This document shows positions 10,825 through 19,143 of a stretch of 32,000 nt of DNA, one piece after another. Numbering within the stretch: the first letter of the stretch is position 1; every line of letters begins with the position of its first letter. The translations under genes were made by a program, and so were the position numbers. This DNA is from Tannockella kyphosi (lineage in GTDB: Bacteria; Bacillota_I; Bacilli_A; Erysipelotrichales; Coprobacillaceae). A model generated the notes under the pieces. The model had not been told where the DNA came from, did no database searches, and was given only the letters and a program-made list of their open reading frames with translations. The stretch lies in NCBI RefSeq assembly GCF_021054785.1, contig NZ_CP088239.1, forward strand, positions 1,500,001 through 1,532,000, in the 5' to 3' direction.

Positions 10825-11559
10825 TTAATCATACACATAACTATATTTTCCAACTAAATCATAATACTTATTATCTGGGAATATTTGTAATAATTTAGCA
10901 TAACTATCTCCATCCAATTGTTCGACCATATCTTCAATGCGTACATATAGAACTTTGCCATCATTCATATAAAAAATTACTCTTGATTCATCTCCCTCTA
11001 AAGGGCTATATTCGATATCTGAAATAAGGGAACGAACTTGACTAGGAATTTGATAAAATTCACTAGCAAAGTCTTCTAACGTATCATCATCAAAATTCTT
11101 TAATTGAATTAAAGCACTATAGTCATACATACTTTGACTTACCGTTTGAATACTACCAGACTCACTAAGCAAAGCTACTGTAGAACTAGATTCTTGATAA
11201 GCTATTTTTAATGCTTCACTTACTGTTATTTGTATTGCATTATAACTAACACACTCTATTGTTACTTCTTGTATTTCTGTTAACTCTAATATAGACTCTT
11301 CTACATCCAAAAAATAAGCATAGAAGAAAAATGTCTCACCTACTTGAACACCACAACTATCTAAAATATCATCTGTTTCCACAAAGTAGTTTCCTTCTAC
11401 TTCTATTATCTGTATTTTACTTATATCACTTGCTAGAAAATAAAGGAATCCTCCTAACAAAAGAACAAACAAAAAACGACGCAATCTTTTTTTACGACGC
11501 GCTCTTTTTTTGTCTTTCAAAATTTTATTTACTTGATCATATTCACTATGTCTTGCCAT
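10825..11559 (-). CDS. divIB: Cell division protein DivIB/FtsQ (POTRA domain)
   Basis: Basic N-terminus, a single TM segment, then a POTRA-like IQIIEVEGNYFV. It lies between murB and ftsA. Confidence 0.7.
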   Translation of the reverse strand: MARHSEYDQVNKILKDKKRARRKKRLRRFLFVLLLGGFLYFLASDISKIQIIEVEGNYFVETDDILDSCGVQVGETFFFYAYFLDVEESILELTEIQEVTIECVSYNAIQITVSEALKIAYQESSSTVALLSESGSIQTVSQSMYDYSALIQLKNFDDDTLEDFASEFYQIPSQVRSLISDIEYSPLEGDESRVIFYMNDGKVLYVRIEDMVEQLDGDSYAKLLQIFPDNKYYDLVGKYSYVYD

Positions 11560-11562
11560 TCT

Positions 11563-12477
11563 TTACTCCCAGTTTACAAAACAGACCTCTGTATGTAAAT
11601 CTACATCAAATTTTTCTTTTACCATTCTTTGAACATAACTAATAAGGGCACGAATATCACTTGCAGTCCCTTTTTTATCATTCACTATAAAATTAGAATG
11701 CTTCAACGAAACACTAGCACCACCAATACGATAGCCACGTAATCCACATGCATCTATATAATACCAAGCACCCTTTTCATCCGGGTTACGAAAAATACTT
11801 CCCGCACTTGGTTTATCCCAAGGTTGTGTTTCCATTCTTCGTTTTTTTCTTTTTTCAACAACTTCTTTAATTTCAGTCGCATCTTTTTTTGTTAAATTAA
11901 AACAAACCTCCAAAATAGTCCATTCCGGATGATTTTGGAAAATAGAATGACGATAACTAAAATCTAGCTCTTGATTTTCCTTTTCAACAATATTTCCTTG
12001 TTCATCTAAATAGCTAACTCGTTTTACTACAGATGCCATATCATATTTATAGGCTCCAGCATTCATATAGATTGCTCCACCTACTGTTCCTGGAATACCA
12101 GACATAAACTCAAAACCACTCAACCCTGCATTTTGGGCATGATACGCTAATGGAATTTGTGACATCCCAGCTCCACAAGTAATCGTAGTATCCACTATTT
12201 CATAATAAGAGAAATATCGCTGTAACGATAAAACAACTCCCTCATATAATTTATCACCAAATAATATATTTGATCCTTTACCCACTATAAAATAAGGAAT
12301 ATGATGCATCTTACAATAAGCTAACACATAAGCTAATCCCGCTTTATCTTTTATCTCAATATATAAACTAGCAATTCCACCAGCCTTAAAAGAAGTATGC
12401 TTCCCCATTGATTCATTCACCAACACATCCCCTACTTCTTGTTTATCAAATTCATTTTTAACACTTAAAAAATCCAT
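11563..12477 (-). CDS. murB: UDP-N-acetylenolpyruvoylglucosamine reductase
   Basis: FAD-binding N-terminal domain (FKAGGIA, VGKGSN) and a C-terminal GSIFRNP / IGGA.VS..H.NFIVN motif. Confidence 0.95.
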   Translation of the reverse strand: MDFLSVKNEFDKQEVGDVLVNESMGKHTSFKAGGIASLYIEIKDKAGLAYVLAYCKMHHIPYFIVGKGSNILFGDKLYEGVVLSLQRYFSYYEIVDTTITCGAGMSQIPLAYHAQNAGLSGFEFMSGIPGTVGGAIYMNAGAYKYDMASVVKRVSYLDEQGNIVEKENQELDFSYRHSIFQNHPEWTILEVCFNLTKKDATEIKEVVEKRKKRRMETQPWDKPSAGSIFRNPDEKGAWYYIDACGLRGYRIGGASVSLKHSNFIVNDKKGTASDIRALISYVQRMVKEKFDVDLHTEVCFVNWE

Positions 12478-13562
12478 TACTTATCTCCTATAATTTTCAA
12501 CATAAATTCATACATATCTTTACTTGCATTCGGTTTTCCCAAACTAAGTGCATTTTGTTTTAACATTTCCAAGATACTTTCATCTTGTATTAATTCATCA
12601 ATTTGATTTGCACAATACTCTCCTGTTAAATCAGCTTCTAATATCATTCTAGCAGCATCTCTCTCCACCAAAGCACGAGCATTAAATTCTTGATGATTAT
12701 AAACAACATAAGGGCTAGGAATAATTATTCCTGGTACACCATACGTTGTAATTTCAGCCAAGGTAGAAGCTCCACCACGACATACAATTAAACTAGTTTC
12801 TTTTAAAACATGTAACATATCTTCAATATAAGGTACTAAGCAAATATTATTTGCTAGTACACCTAACTCATTTTGTAATTGTTCATAATAACTTTTACCA
12901 CTAGCATACAAAATAGTATATGGCTTATTTTGTAACTTTGTGAGAACTTCTTTCATAACCTTATTAACAGAAGCAGATCCTAATGATCCCATTACAATAA
13001 GAACAATTTTCTTATTTCGATCTATTTGATATTTTTCATAAATATCAATTGGTTCTAAATCAATATAACCAGCTCTAGGATTACCATATAAATATGTTTT
13101 TTCTTTTGGTAAAAGATCATATGTTTTTTGATAACAACATACAATTCCATCCACTTTATTAATCAATATTTTATTTGTTAACCCAATCAAAGAATTCTGT
13201 TCATGAATTAACGTTTTTATTTTCATTTGGCTTGCCGCTAAAACAATACTAGCACTCGGATATCCACCAAACCCAACAACAATATCAGGTTTAAATTTCT
13301 TAATTACTTTTTTAGCCTCTACAACAGACTTCACAAAAATCATCCCATTTTTAATTTTTTGAACAGGATTTCCTACAAAACCTTTTACATATAAACCATG
13401 ATACGCATATCCCATTTCAGGTACTACACTTGCTTCTAAACGATCTGTTGTTCCTACAAATAAAAACTCCACATCTGTTCTTTGTTTTTCTATATATTGC
13501 ACAAATGCTAGGGCAGGATATAAATGTCCACCTGTACCACCAGCACTAATTATTATTTTCAT
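12477..13562 (-). CDS. murG: Lipid II-forming UDP-GlcNAc transferase MurG
   Basis: GGTGGHLYPALA G-loop and a GT28 C-terminal domain. Start moved to MKIIISAGG (ATG 13562) because AGGAG (13570-13574) precedes it. The track start at 13583 lies inside a TATAAT box. Confidence 0.95.
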   Translation of the reverse strand: MKIIISAGGTGGHLYPALAFVQYIEKQRTDVEFLFVGTTDRLEASVVPEMGYAYHGLYVKGFVGNPVQKIKNGMIFVKSVVEAKKVIKKFKPDIVVGFGGYPSASIVLAASQMKIKTLIHEQNSLIGLTNKILINKVDGIVCCYQKTYDLLPKEKTYLYGNPRAGYIDLEPIDIYEKYQIDRNKKIVLIVMGSLGSASVNKVMKEVLTKLQNKPYTILYASGKSYYEQLQNELGVLANNICLVPYIEDMLHVLKETSLIVCRGGASTLAEITTYGVPGIIIPSPYVVYNHQEFNARALVERDAARMILEADLTGEYCANQIDELIQDESILEMLKQNALSLGKPNASKDMYEFMLKIIGDK

Positions 13563-13583
13563 AAAATCACTCCTATCCGCCAT

Positions 13584-13592
13584 ATTATAGCA
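13584..13592 (-). promoter_or_regulatory. Candidate extended -10 (TGCTATAAT) for murG
   Basis: The minus-strand TGCTATAAT lies 21 nt upstream of the murG ATG. The -35 is weak and the leader would be only ~15 nt. Confidence 0.3.
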
Positions 13593-13673
13593 TATTCACA
13601 TTTAATTTAATATAGAATAATAATATTCATTTTTTTGCTTATATTCGAAGTTATTTCGTAAATTGTTAGACAT

Positions 13674-13705
13674 TATTTTGTTTTTCATCCCATTTATGCT
13701 ATAAT
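13674..13705 (+). promoter_or_regulatory. Candidate sigma-A promoter of the preQ1-regulated operon
   Basis: TTGTTT, then a ~16-nt spacer, then an extended -10 TGCTATAAT (13697-13705). It ends 15 nt before the riboswitch stem. Confidence 0.5.
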
Positions 13706-13720
13706 CGTCAAGTATTAAAA

Positions 13721-13760
13721 AGACAGTTCGTAACCATCCTGTCTATAAATAAAACTAGGA
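13721..13760 (+). promoter_or_regulatory. preQ1-I riboswitch aptamer
   Basis: AGACAGUUCGUAACCAUCCUGUCUAUAAAUAAAACUAGGA aligns with the B. subtilis queC aptamer AGAGGUUCUAGCUACACCCUCUAUAAAAAACUAAGG. It has a 5-bp P1 (GACAG/CUGUC), a 12-nt loop starting UUC, and an A-rich tail ending CUAGG. Downstream, CUCC(UUUU)AGGAGG could occlude the SD. Confidence 0.8.
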
Positions 13761-13789
13761 CTACTTAGTAGCTCCTTTTAGGAGGAAAA

Positions 13790-14533
13790 ATGAAGAAAGA
13801 ATTAGAAATTGAGATAATGGAAAGATATTCCATTATTAACGAAAAGAACAAAAGAGAAATCGTTCTTTTAAGAGGCCAAGGATGTTCTTGGCGTCGTTGT
13901 CGTTTTTGTGATTATCATTTAGATTTTTCTAGAGATAAAGAAGAAAATATTACTTTAAATCAAAAAGAGTTATCTAAAATAACAGGTATTCATCAAAAAC
14001 TAGAAGTTATTAATTCTGGAAGTTTTACAGAACTACCAGAAGAAACAATGGATCTTATTGAAACAATATGTATTGAAAAAAAGATCAAAGAAGTACATTT
14101 TGAAGCACACTATAACCAAAGAAAATTTATTCCTGCATTACGCCAACGATTTTCTAAAAACAACATTTCCGTTATTATTAAAATAGGAGTTGAAACATTT
14201 GACTACTTATTTAGAGAATCTTATTTAGTAAAAGGTATTCAAACAGATAATCCTAGTGAAATTGCAACTTATTTTGATGAATGTTGTTTATTACAAGGAA
14301 TACCTGGACAAACAAAAGATTCAATGATTCAAGATATTGAAATAGGTTTAACTTATTTTAATCGTGTTTGTATCAATATTATGCAAGAAAATGGAATGGC
14401 TATCAAACCAGATCCAAGCGTTATTGAACTTTTTGTAAAAGAAATATACCCATTATATAAAGAAAATCAAAGAGTGGATATTTTATTAGAAAATACTGCT
14501 TTTGGTGTTGGAGGAGTAACAACAAATGTCTAA
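13790..14533 (+). CDS. Small radical-SAM-type protein (possible queuine-lyase-like salvage enzyme)
   Basis: Cysteine cluster GCSWRRCRFCDY near the N-terminus, read as Cx4Cx2C rather than the canonical Cx3Cx2C. It is the first gene behind a preQ1 riboswitch and overlaps the following transporter gene by 8 nt. Confidence 0.65.
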   Translation: MKKELEIEIMERYSIINEKNKREIVLLRGQGCSWRRCRFCDYHLDFSRDKEENITLNQKELSKITGIHQKLEVINSGSFTELPEETMDLIETICIEKKIKEVHFEAHYNQRKFIPALRQRFSKNNISVIIKIGVETFDYLFRESYLVKGIQTDNPSEIATYFDECCLLQGIPGQTKDSMIQDIEIGLTYFNRVCINIMQENGMAIKPDPSVIELFVKEIYPLYKENQRVDILLENTAFGVGGVTTNV

Positions 14534-15218
14534 TGAATTATTATTAATACTATGTTTAGTATGTACTTATATGAGTGTTTTATTATTTTATCGTTTTTTT
14601 GGAAAAACAGGTTTATATGTTTGGACTGCAATTGTTACCATTAGTGCAAATATCGAAGTATTAATGTTAATCGATGCTTTTGGTGTTGAACAAACATTAG
14701 GAAATATTTTGTTTGCATCTAGTTTTTTAGTAACTGATATTTTATCGGAAAATGAGGATAAAGAGAGTGCAAATCTAGCTGTTAAGATTGGTATTATGTC
14801 GAATATTACTTTTGTGCTTATTTCACAATCATGGTTATTATTCACACCAAACGCAAATGATTGGGTGAGTCCTGCTGTTCATACTATTTTTTCAAATACA
14901 CCTAGATTAATGATTGTTGGGGTTCTTGTTTATGCACTTGCTCAATGGTTTGATGTTTGGGCATATCACCTTATTTGGGAAAAGACAAAAGCAAAGTTTG
15001 GAGATAGTAAAAGAGGTTTATGGCTTAGAAATAATGGTTCTACCTTAGTTTCACAGTTATTAAATACTGTTTTATTTACTTTTGGAGCATTTATTGGTAT
15101 GTATGATATTCCTACTTTAATTAATATTACTATTGCATCTTATGTTATTTATGTTATTACAAGTTTATGTGATACACCTGTAGTTTATTTATCAAGAAAA
15201 ATTAAACCTAAAAACTAA
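14526..15218 (+). CDS. yhhQ: YhhQ/VUT-family queuosine-precursor transporter
   Basis: Six-TM protein with family-typical segments F..SFLVTDILSE...A, LWLRNNGSTLVSQLLNTVLF and a C-terminal DTP..YL. It is under preQ1 riboswitch control. Confidence 0.8.
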   Translation: MSNELLLILCLVCTYMSVLLFYRFFGKTGLYVWTAIVTISANIEVLMLIDAFGVEQTLGNILFASSFLVTDILSENEDKESANLAVKIGIMSNITFVLISQSWLLFTPNANDWVSPAVHTIFSNTPRLMIVGVLVYALAQWFDVWAYHLIWEKTKAKFGDSKRGLWLRNNGSTLVSQLLNTVLFTFGAFIGMYDIPTLINITIASYVIYVITSLCDTPVVYLSRKIKPKN

Positions 15219-15240
15219 AGGGAATATCCCTTTTTTTATT
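15217..15240 (+). terminator. Intrinsic terminator after yhhQ
   Basis: AAAGGGA-ATA-TCCCTTT followed by a T-run, starting at the stop codon. Confidence 0.65.
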
Positions 15241-15304
15241 TACCATTTTAGTTGCAAAACAAGAATAATCTATGTACAATACTTAAAAAGAAAAGGAGTA
15301 TTCT

Positions 15305-15850
15305 ATGATTGATGAAATTATTTTATTTAATGAAAATTTTGTAAAGAACGAAAAATATAAAGACTTTATTACCAATAAATATCCTAATAAGAAATTAGCG
15401 ATTCTCTCATGCATGGATACCCGTTTAACTAAATTACTTCCTGCTGCTTTAGGTTTAGAAAATGGCGATGCTAAAATCATTAAGAATGCGGGTGGTGTTA
15501 TTTCACATCCCTATGGTAGTGCTGTTAGAAGCATACTAATTGCAATCTATCAACTAGGCGTGACTGAAATTATGGTAATTGGTCATAGTGATTGTGGTGT
15601 TCAACATCTAGATAGTCAAAAACTAATTGATTCGATGATAAAACATGGGATTGAAAGCAGTGTTATTGAAAATGTGAAAGCTAGTGGGATTGATTTAGAA
15701 GGTTGGCTGGGAGGCTTCTCTAATGGGGATGCGGCAATTACAAATACTGTCCAATGTTTACAGTCACATCCATTAGTTCCAAAAGATATCCTTATTAAAG
15801 GCTTTATCATGGATTCATTAACAGGATTGCTTCAAGAAGTAAACAAATAG
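15305..15850 (+). CDS. Beta-class carbonic anhydrase
   Basis: Zinc ligand motifs CMDTRL and GHSDCG in a ~180-aa protein. Confidence 0.85.
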   Translation: MIDEIILFNENFVKNEKYKDFITNKYPNKKLAILSCMDTRLTKLLPAALGLENGDAKIIKNAGGVISHPYGSAVRSILIAIYQLGVTEIMVIGHSDCGVQHLDSQKLIDSMIKHGIESSVIENVKASGIDLEGWLGGFSNGDAAITNTVQCLQSHPLVPKDILIKGFIMDSLTGLLQEVNK

Positions 15851-15888
15851 GATTCTTTTATGATGCAATTAAAACATTCCTTTTCATT

Positions 15889-15979
15889 TTATTTCATAAC
15901 ATTTAACATACTACCTACAACAACAAGTGTAATTATGAAAGAGGATCTCCTATAACTAAATAGCGGGTGCAATGGTAGC
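15889..15979 (-). pseudogene. Diverged orphan copy of the ftsW 3' end (old att-site remnant)
   Basis: About 80% identical by eye to 23159-23254. The minus strand reads LPLHPLFSYRRSSFIITLVVVGSMLNVMK*, compared with [28 protein letters not shown] for the real FtsW. No upstream ORF is present. Confidence 0.6.
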
Positions 15980-16032
15980 TTAGGTCTCTTTTTTAGCTTC
16001 TTTATAAAATATCATTTTCATTTATTTCAGTT

Positions 16033-16307
16033 ACCAAGAATACAGAACAGCTTCATAAGATAGTGTTGATTGTTTTTTAGTAAATGGGTATACTATTGGT
16101 GAGGTTAAGTGGATTAACTTAAAAAAAGAGTTCTTGCTGGATCTCTTTTTTCGTTCTTTCGAACTAATCGTTAGAAGCAAGACGAATCAAGAACCAGTAA
16201 TCTTTTATGATAACTATAATCAAGACTCCTAGTCCAAACTTGACATCCAACATATATGTTTTAGTTATAATATTACTCTTCATTCTAACTAGAATTATTT
16301 AACCTAC
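16033..16307. repeat. Degenerate type I TA-like unit, copy 1
   Basis: Plus-strand TTGATT-17-TATACT (16066-16094) and an imperfect terminator (~16125-16151). On the minus strand the peptide ORF is reduced to a stub after SD-CTTGATT and the TGGTATAAT toxin promoter is absent. Confidence 0.55.
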
Positions 16308-16590
16308 AAAAAATTCAGAACAGCTTCACAAGATAGCGTTGACTGTTTTTTAGTAAATGGGTATACTATTAATGAGGTAAGGCGAATTACCAATAAAAAA
16401 GAGATCGGGCAGATCTCTTTTTTCGTTCTTTCGAACTAATCGTTGGAAGCAAGGCGAATCAAGAACTAGTTATCTTTTTAGAATAATTGCAATCAATACT
16501 CCTAATTCAAACTTGACCTCCAACATAACATGTTTTTAGTCATAATATTGCCCTCCATCGACTGTCAATATTATACCATATTTGATTGAT
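16308..16590. repeat. Type I TA-like unit, copy 2 (sRNA side intact, peptide ORF deleted)
   Basis: TTGACT-17-TATACT (16339-16367) and terminator AGAGATC-GGGCA-GATCTCT (16394-16424). The minus-strand TGGTATAAT (16570-16578) and AGGAG are retained, but ATGGAACTACTTATTGTGGTTCTTGT is missing between the two ATTGATT repeats. Confidence 0.6.
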
Positions 16591-16631
16591 CGAATGTTTA
16601 ATTTCAAGCCTAATTCTACAACTATTATTAC

Positions 16632-16880
16632 CTAAAAACAGTTCCCTTGATATTGGTCTAGTAGTAGTACTAGGCCTCTTTTCTTTAGTCTATCGTTCGT
16701 TACAGTATTACACATGATATATGCCATGGCAACTCGTGCGTATGCTTTTCTACTATTTGCCCATTCCCATGCTTTATATTTGTTTGCTCCTAGTTTTATT
16801 AGTGCTCTATATTTTGTACCTATTCTTTTCCATTGTTTCCATATGCACATCCTAAGTCTAAACCGTGTACGTGTGGCCGC
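16632..16880 (-). pseudogene. Group II intron reverse transcriptase/maturase, C-terminal fragment only
   Basis: RLRMCIWKQWKRIGTKYRALIKLGANKYKAWEWANSRKAYARVA...NDRLKKRGLV matches the conserved C-terminal (X/maturase-distal) region of bacterial intron-encoded proteins. No RT domain lies upstream and no domain V/VI RNA lies downstream. Confidence 0.65.
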
Positions 16881-17188
16881 AATAAACTGGACAGTTATTA
16901 TAAATTAATAATAACTGAAAAGGAGGCTCTAGAAGCAGACGAGAAAGACATATTTTTACAACTGCATTTAAAAAGCAAATGGTTGATTTGCATCACGGTG
17001 GTAAACACACTCGGGCTGTCGTTATAGGAGAGTATCATTATTTGATTATATTTAGATGATCGTACTTGAAACATTTATACACTTTTCAATAATCTCTGGA
17101 GACTTAAAACATCCCCTCATATATATACCTACAAAAGGTGAGCAAGTTGACCGAATTATTTTTAACTTTAGTAGCATAATTGAAATAT

Positions 17189-17204
17189 TATCATAATTAT
17201 GATA
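17189..17204. promoter_or_regulatory. 16-bp perfect palindrome overlapping the phd promoter (candidate operator)
   Basis: TATCATAATTATGATA lies between TTGAAA and the -10-like TAATAA, 22 nt upstream of the antitoxin ATG. Confidence 0.45.
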
Positions 17205-17226
17205 ATAACAAAAGGAGATGATAGCT

Positions 17227-17514
17227 ATGCCAAAGATTAGACCGGTTTCAGATTTAAGAAACAATTTTACTGATATTTCAAGAATTATTCATGAGGAATC
17301 AGAGCCTATCTTTTTAACTAAAAATGGTTATGGTGATATGGTTGTAATGAGCATTGAAGCTTACGAAAAACTCCAATTTGAAAATGAAATTTATTTCAAA
17401 TTGAAAGAAGCAAAATTACAAGCAAAGAGTACTGATATAAGATATTCTCATGAAGAAGTTTTCGGAGATTTAAGAAAAAAACTCCAAGATAAGGTAGACA
17501 TAGATGACATATAA
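17227..17514 (+). CDS. Phd/YefM-family type II antitoxin (copy A)
   Basis: MPKIRPVSDLRNNFTDISRIIHEESEPIFLTKNGYGDMVVMSIEAYEKL is the Phd/YefM fold signature. Start set at MPKIRP to match copy B. It differs from copy B at only two residues. Confidence 0.8.
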   Translation: MPKIRPVSDLRNNFTDISRIIHEESEPIFLTKNGYGDMVVMSIEAYEKLQFENEIYFKLKEAKLQAKSTDIRYSHEEVFGDLRKKLQDKVDIDDI

Positions 17515-17672
17515 AATACAATATCTACCAATTGCAAGAGAAGATATTGAACAGTCAGTGATTGTTTGTATGCACCTAAAGCAGCATTAGATTTACTTGA
17601 CAACATAGATAAAACTATAGACAACTTAAAAACCTTTCCAATTGCATATCCAGTCAATGAAACCTCTTGATA
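17504..17672 (+). pseudogene. ParE/RelE-family toxin remnant (frameshifted and 3'-truncated)
   Basis: The ATG overlaps the antitoxin stop. It starts MTYKIQYLPIAREDIEQ and shares the frameshift seen in copy B. Relative to copy B, the segment from TTTGAATATCG through CAAATACTCCAA (C-terminal two thirds) is deleted. Confidence 0.65.
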
Positions 17673-17805
17673 AGGCATTGATAAATTGAATAAAGTTACT
17701 TTACAAGCAAATATTTTCATTCTACACCAAAACTTATGGGCAATTTAAAATTCTGAAACTATAGATGAATCAAGCTCTTTGAAGAACTAAATAAGCAGAC
17801 CTAAG

Positions 17806-17840
17806 AAACACCGTAAATTCCAAGTTTACGGTGTTTTATT
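17806..17840 (+). terminator. Hairpin/terminator at the end of the Phd/ParE block
   Basis: AACACCGTAAA-TTCCAAG-TTTACGGTGTT followed by TTATT. In the cargo-less copy (22621-22643) only the 5' arm, the loop and TTTAC survive. Confidence 0.5.
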
Positions 17841-17952
17841 AGGCACTATAAATTAATTTTTTAAACCCCACTTACGTTTAAAGCACTAATGTCCTATTAA
17901 CTTTACGACAATTAGTGCTTTATTATTTTATGATTACTATTATACTTATCTT

Positions 17953-19107
17953 TTAAAATTTATCCCAAATCAAATACAACGCTAATAATGGCCCATTTTC
18001 ATATCCTTGTTCTGGATACTCTTTTTGCAGTTTGTAAAATTGCTTCAATAACAACTCCGAAAACTGCACTTCCCTCTTAATTCCTAATACTAGACAAACC
18101 ATAGATCGTGCTATTGGATATTTGATTTCCTCTATATTTTTTGTTAAATCCTCCACATATTTAGCATCTGAAATAGCTAATGCTAATGTGGCTATTTCAA
18201 CAAATTCATCTTGTCTATTATTTTTAATTTGCTTTAAAACAAGAGGTATAATTTGTTCTTCCATGGATGAAACTTTCTCTAATATATTTTCTCTATTTAT
18301 TACTATTGTAGATTTACGCATACATCTAATCAATTCTTTGGGGCAAGTAATCTGCATAATCGATGCTTTATCTTTCTCAATTTCCAATATTCTTTCTTCA
18401 TCTAAGAAGGGGAAGGTCGCTTCGTCAAGAAGATGCTTAAATTCATGGCTTCTCATCATAATTAAATTCAAATATAGGATCATAGCTGATGAGCTTTCTT
18501 CCAATTTATTTTGTTCAAAGAACTTTGCTGGTATACAAACCTTTTCGTAACTTTTCTTTTCAGCGAAAATCTTTTCCTGAAATCTATGAATAATATCTTC
18601 TGCAACTTCTCCTGGCAATCTTCCGTTTATGTTTATCTTATTTCTGATATTTTTAAATGCTGGTTTGTAATAATTAATATCTTCTTGAATGTCTTGCAAA
18701 TAATGCTCCTTGTGCTTATTTTTATAATCATCATCAATATAGCAATGATCATTTTCATCTGAAAATACTAATCTATCAAATATATTTGTTACACTATCTT
18801 GTAATTCTATTGCTATAGTATTAGCCCATAATAGATATCTATCAAATACACTCGCATACACAATAGGGCTAATTGCAATTACTTTATTCTGTTCTTTTGA
18901 TTTCATTAATAAATCTAAAACAACACCCTTTTTCTGATCACGTTCTAATTTATCTGGAATATTATTTACAAATTCTTCCAACGTTGTTCCATAATAAACT
19001 GTTGTTTCGTAATCCAAATCATAAAATTTATATCCTATTTTTTCAGCTAGTACTTCACCCGTTGTTGTCTTTCCTACATTTGTAATGCCAAGCAGTAAAA
19101 TTATCAT
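17953..19107 (-). CDS. P-loop protein: N-terminal shikimate/adenylate-kinase-like module plus ~200-aa helical C-terminal domain, function unknown
   Basis: Walker A LLLGITNVGKTTTGEVLAEKIGYKFYDLD at residues 4-32 in a compact kinase-like ~180-aa module. The C-terminal half looks helical-repeat-like. A GAGGTG RBS lies 6 nt upstream, and the start is 36 nt after the SEC-C gene. Confidence 0.6.
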   Translation of the reverse strand: MIILLLGITNVGKTTTGEVLAEKIGYKFYDLDYETTVYYGTTLEEFVNNIPDKLERDQKKGVVLDLLMKSKEQNKVIAISPIVYASVFDRYLLWANTIAIELQDSVTNIFDRLVFSDENDHCYIDDDYKNKHKEHYLQDIQEDINYYKPAFKNIRNKININGRLPGEVAEDIIHRFQEKIFAEKKSYEKVCIPAKFFEQNKLEESSSAMILYLNLIMMRSHEFKHLLDEATFPFLDEERILEIEKDKASIMQITCPKELIRCMRKSTIVINRENILEKVSSMEEQIIPLVLKQIKNNRQDEFVEIATLALAISDAKYVEDLTKNIEEIKYPIARSMVCLVLGIKREVQFSELLLKQFYKLQKEYPEQGYENGPLLALYLIWDKF

Positions 19108-19143
19108 ACATTCACCTCAGTCTACGATAAGGTAAACCTTATC

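Noticed and set aside
9203-11642. Plus-strand ORFs 9203-9475, 10133-10360 and 11331-11642
   Set aside because: They are antisense shadows of ftsZ, ftsA and divIB/murB. Their Pro/Ser/Leu-rich translations are typical of reverse frames.
14588-15810. Minus-strand ORFs 14588-14845, 15283-15480 and 15616-15810
   Set aside because: They are antisense to the yhhQ-like and carbonic anhydrase genes, with no independent signals.
16033-16590. Tandem repeats considered as a CRISPR array or minisatellite
   Set aside because: There are only two ~275-bp units. Each contains a promoter, a terminator and SD/ORF remnants homologous to the modules at 20.8 and 22.8 kb, and there is no short repeat/spacer periodicity.
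16714-17264. ORFs 16714-16908(+), 16833-17027(+) and 17052-17264(-)
   Set aside because: They overlap the intron RT fragment in antisense or lie in promoter/remnant DNA. They have no RBS and are not conserved between the two element copies (indels disrupt them).
17448-17720. Minus-strand ORFs 17448-17720 and 22088-22297
   Set aside because: They are antisense to the phd/parE genes. They are conserved only because the block itself is duplicated.
18122-19085. Three plus-strand ORFs inside the P-loop gene
   Set aside because: They are reverse-frame shadows in an AT-rich gene (Ile/Phe/Leu/Ser-rich), with no start-site signals.
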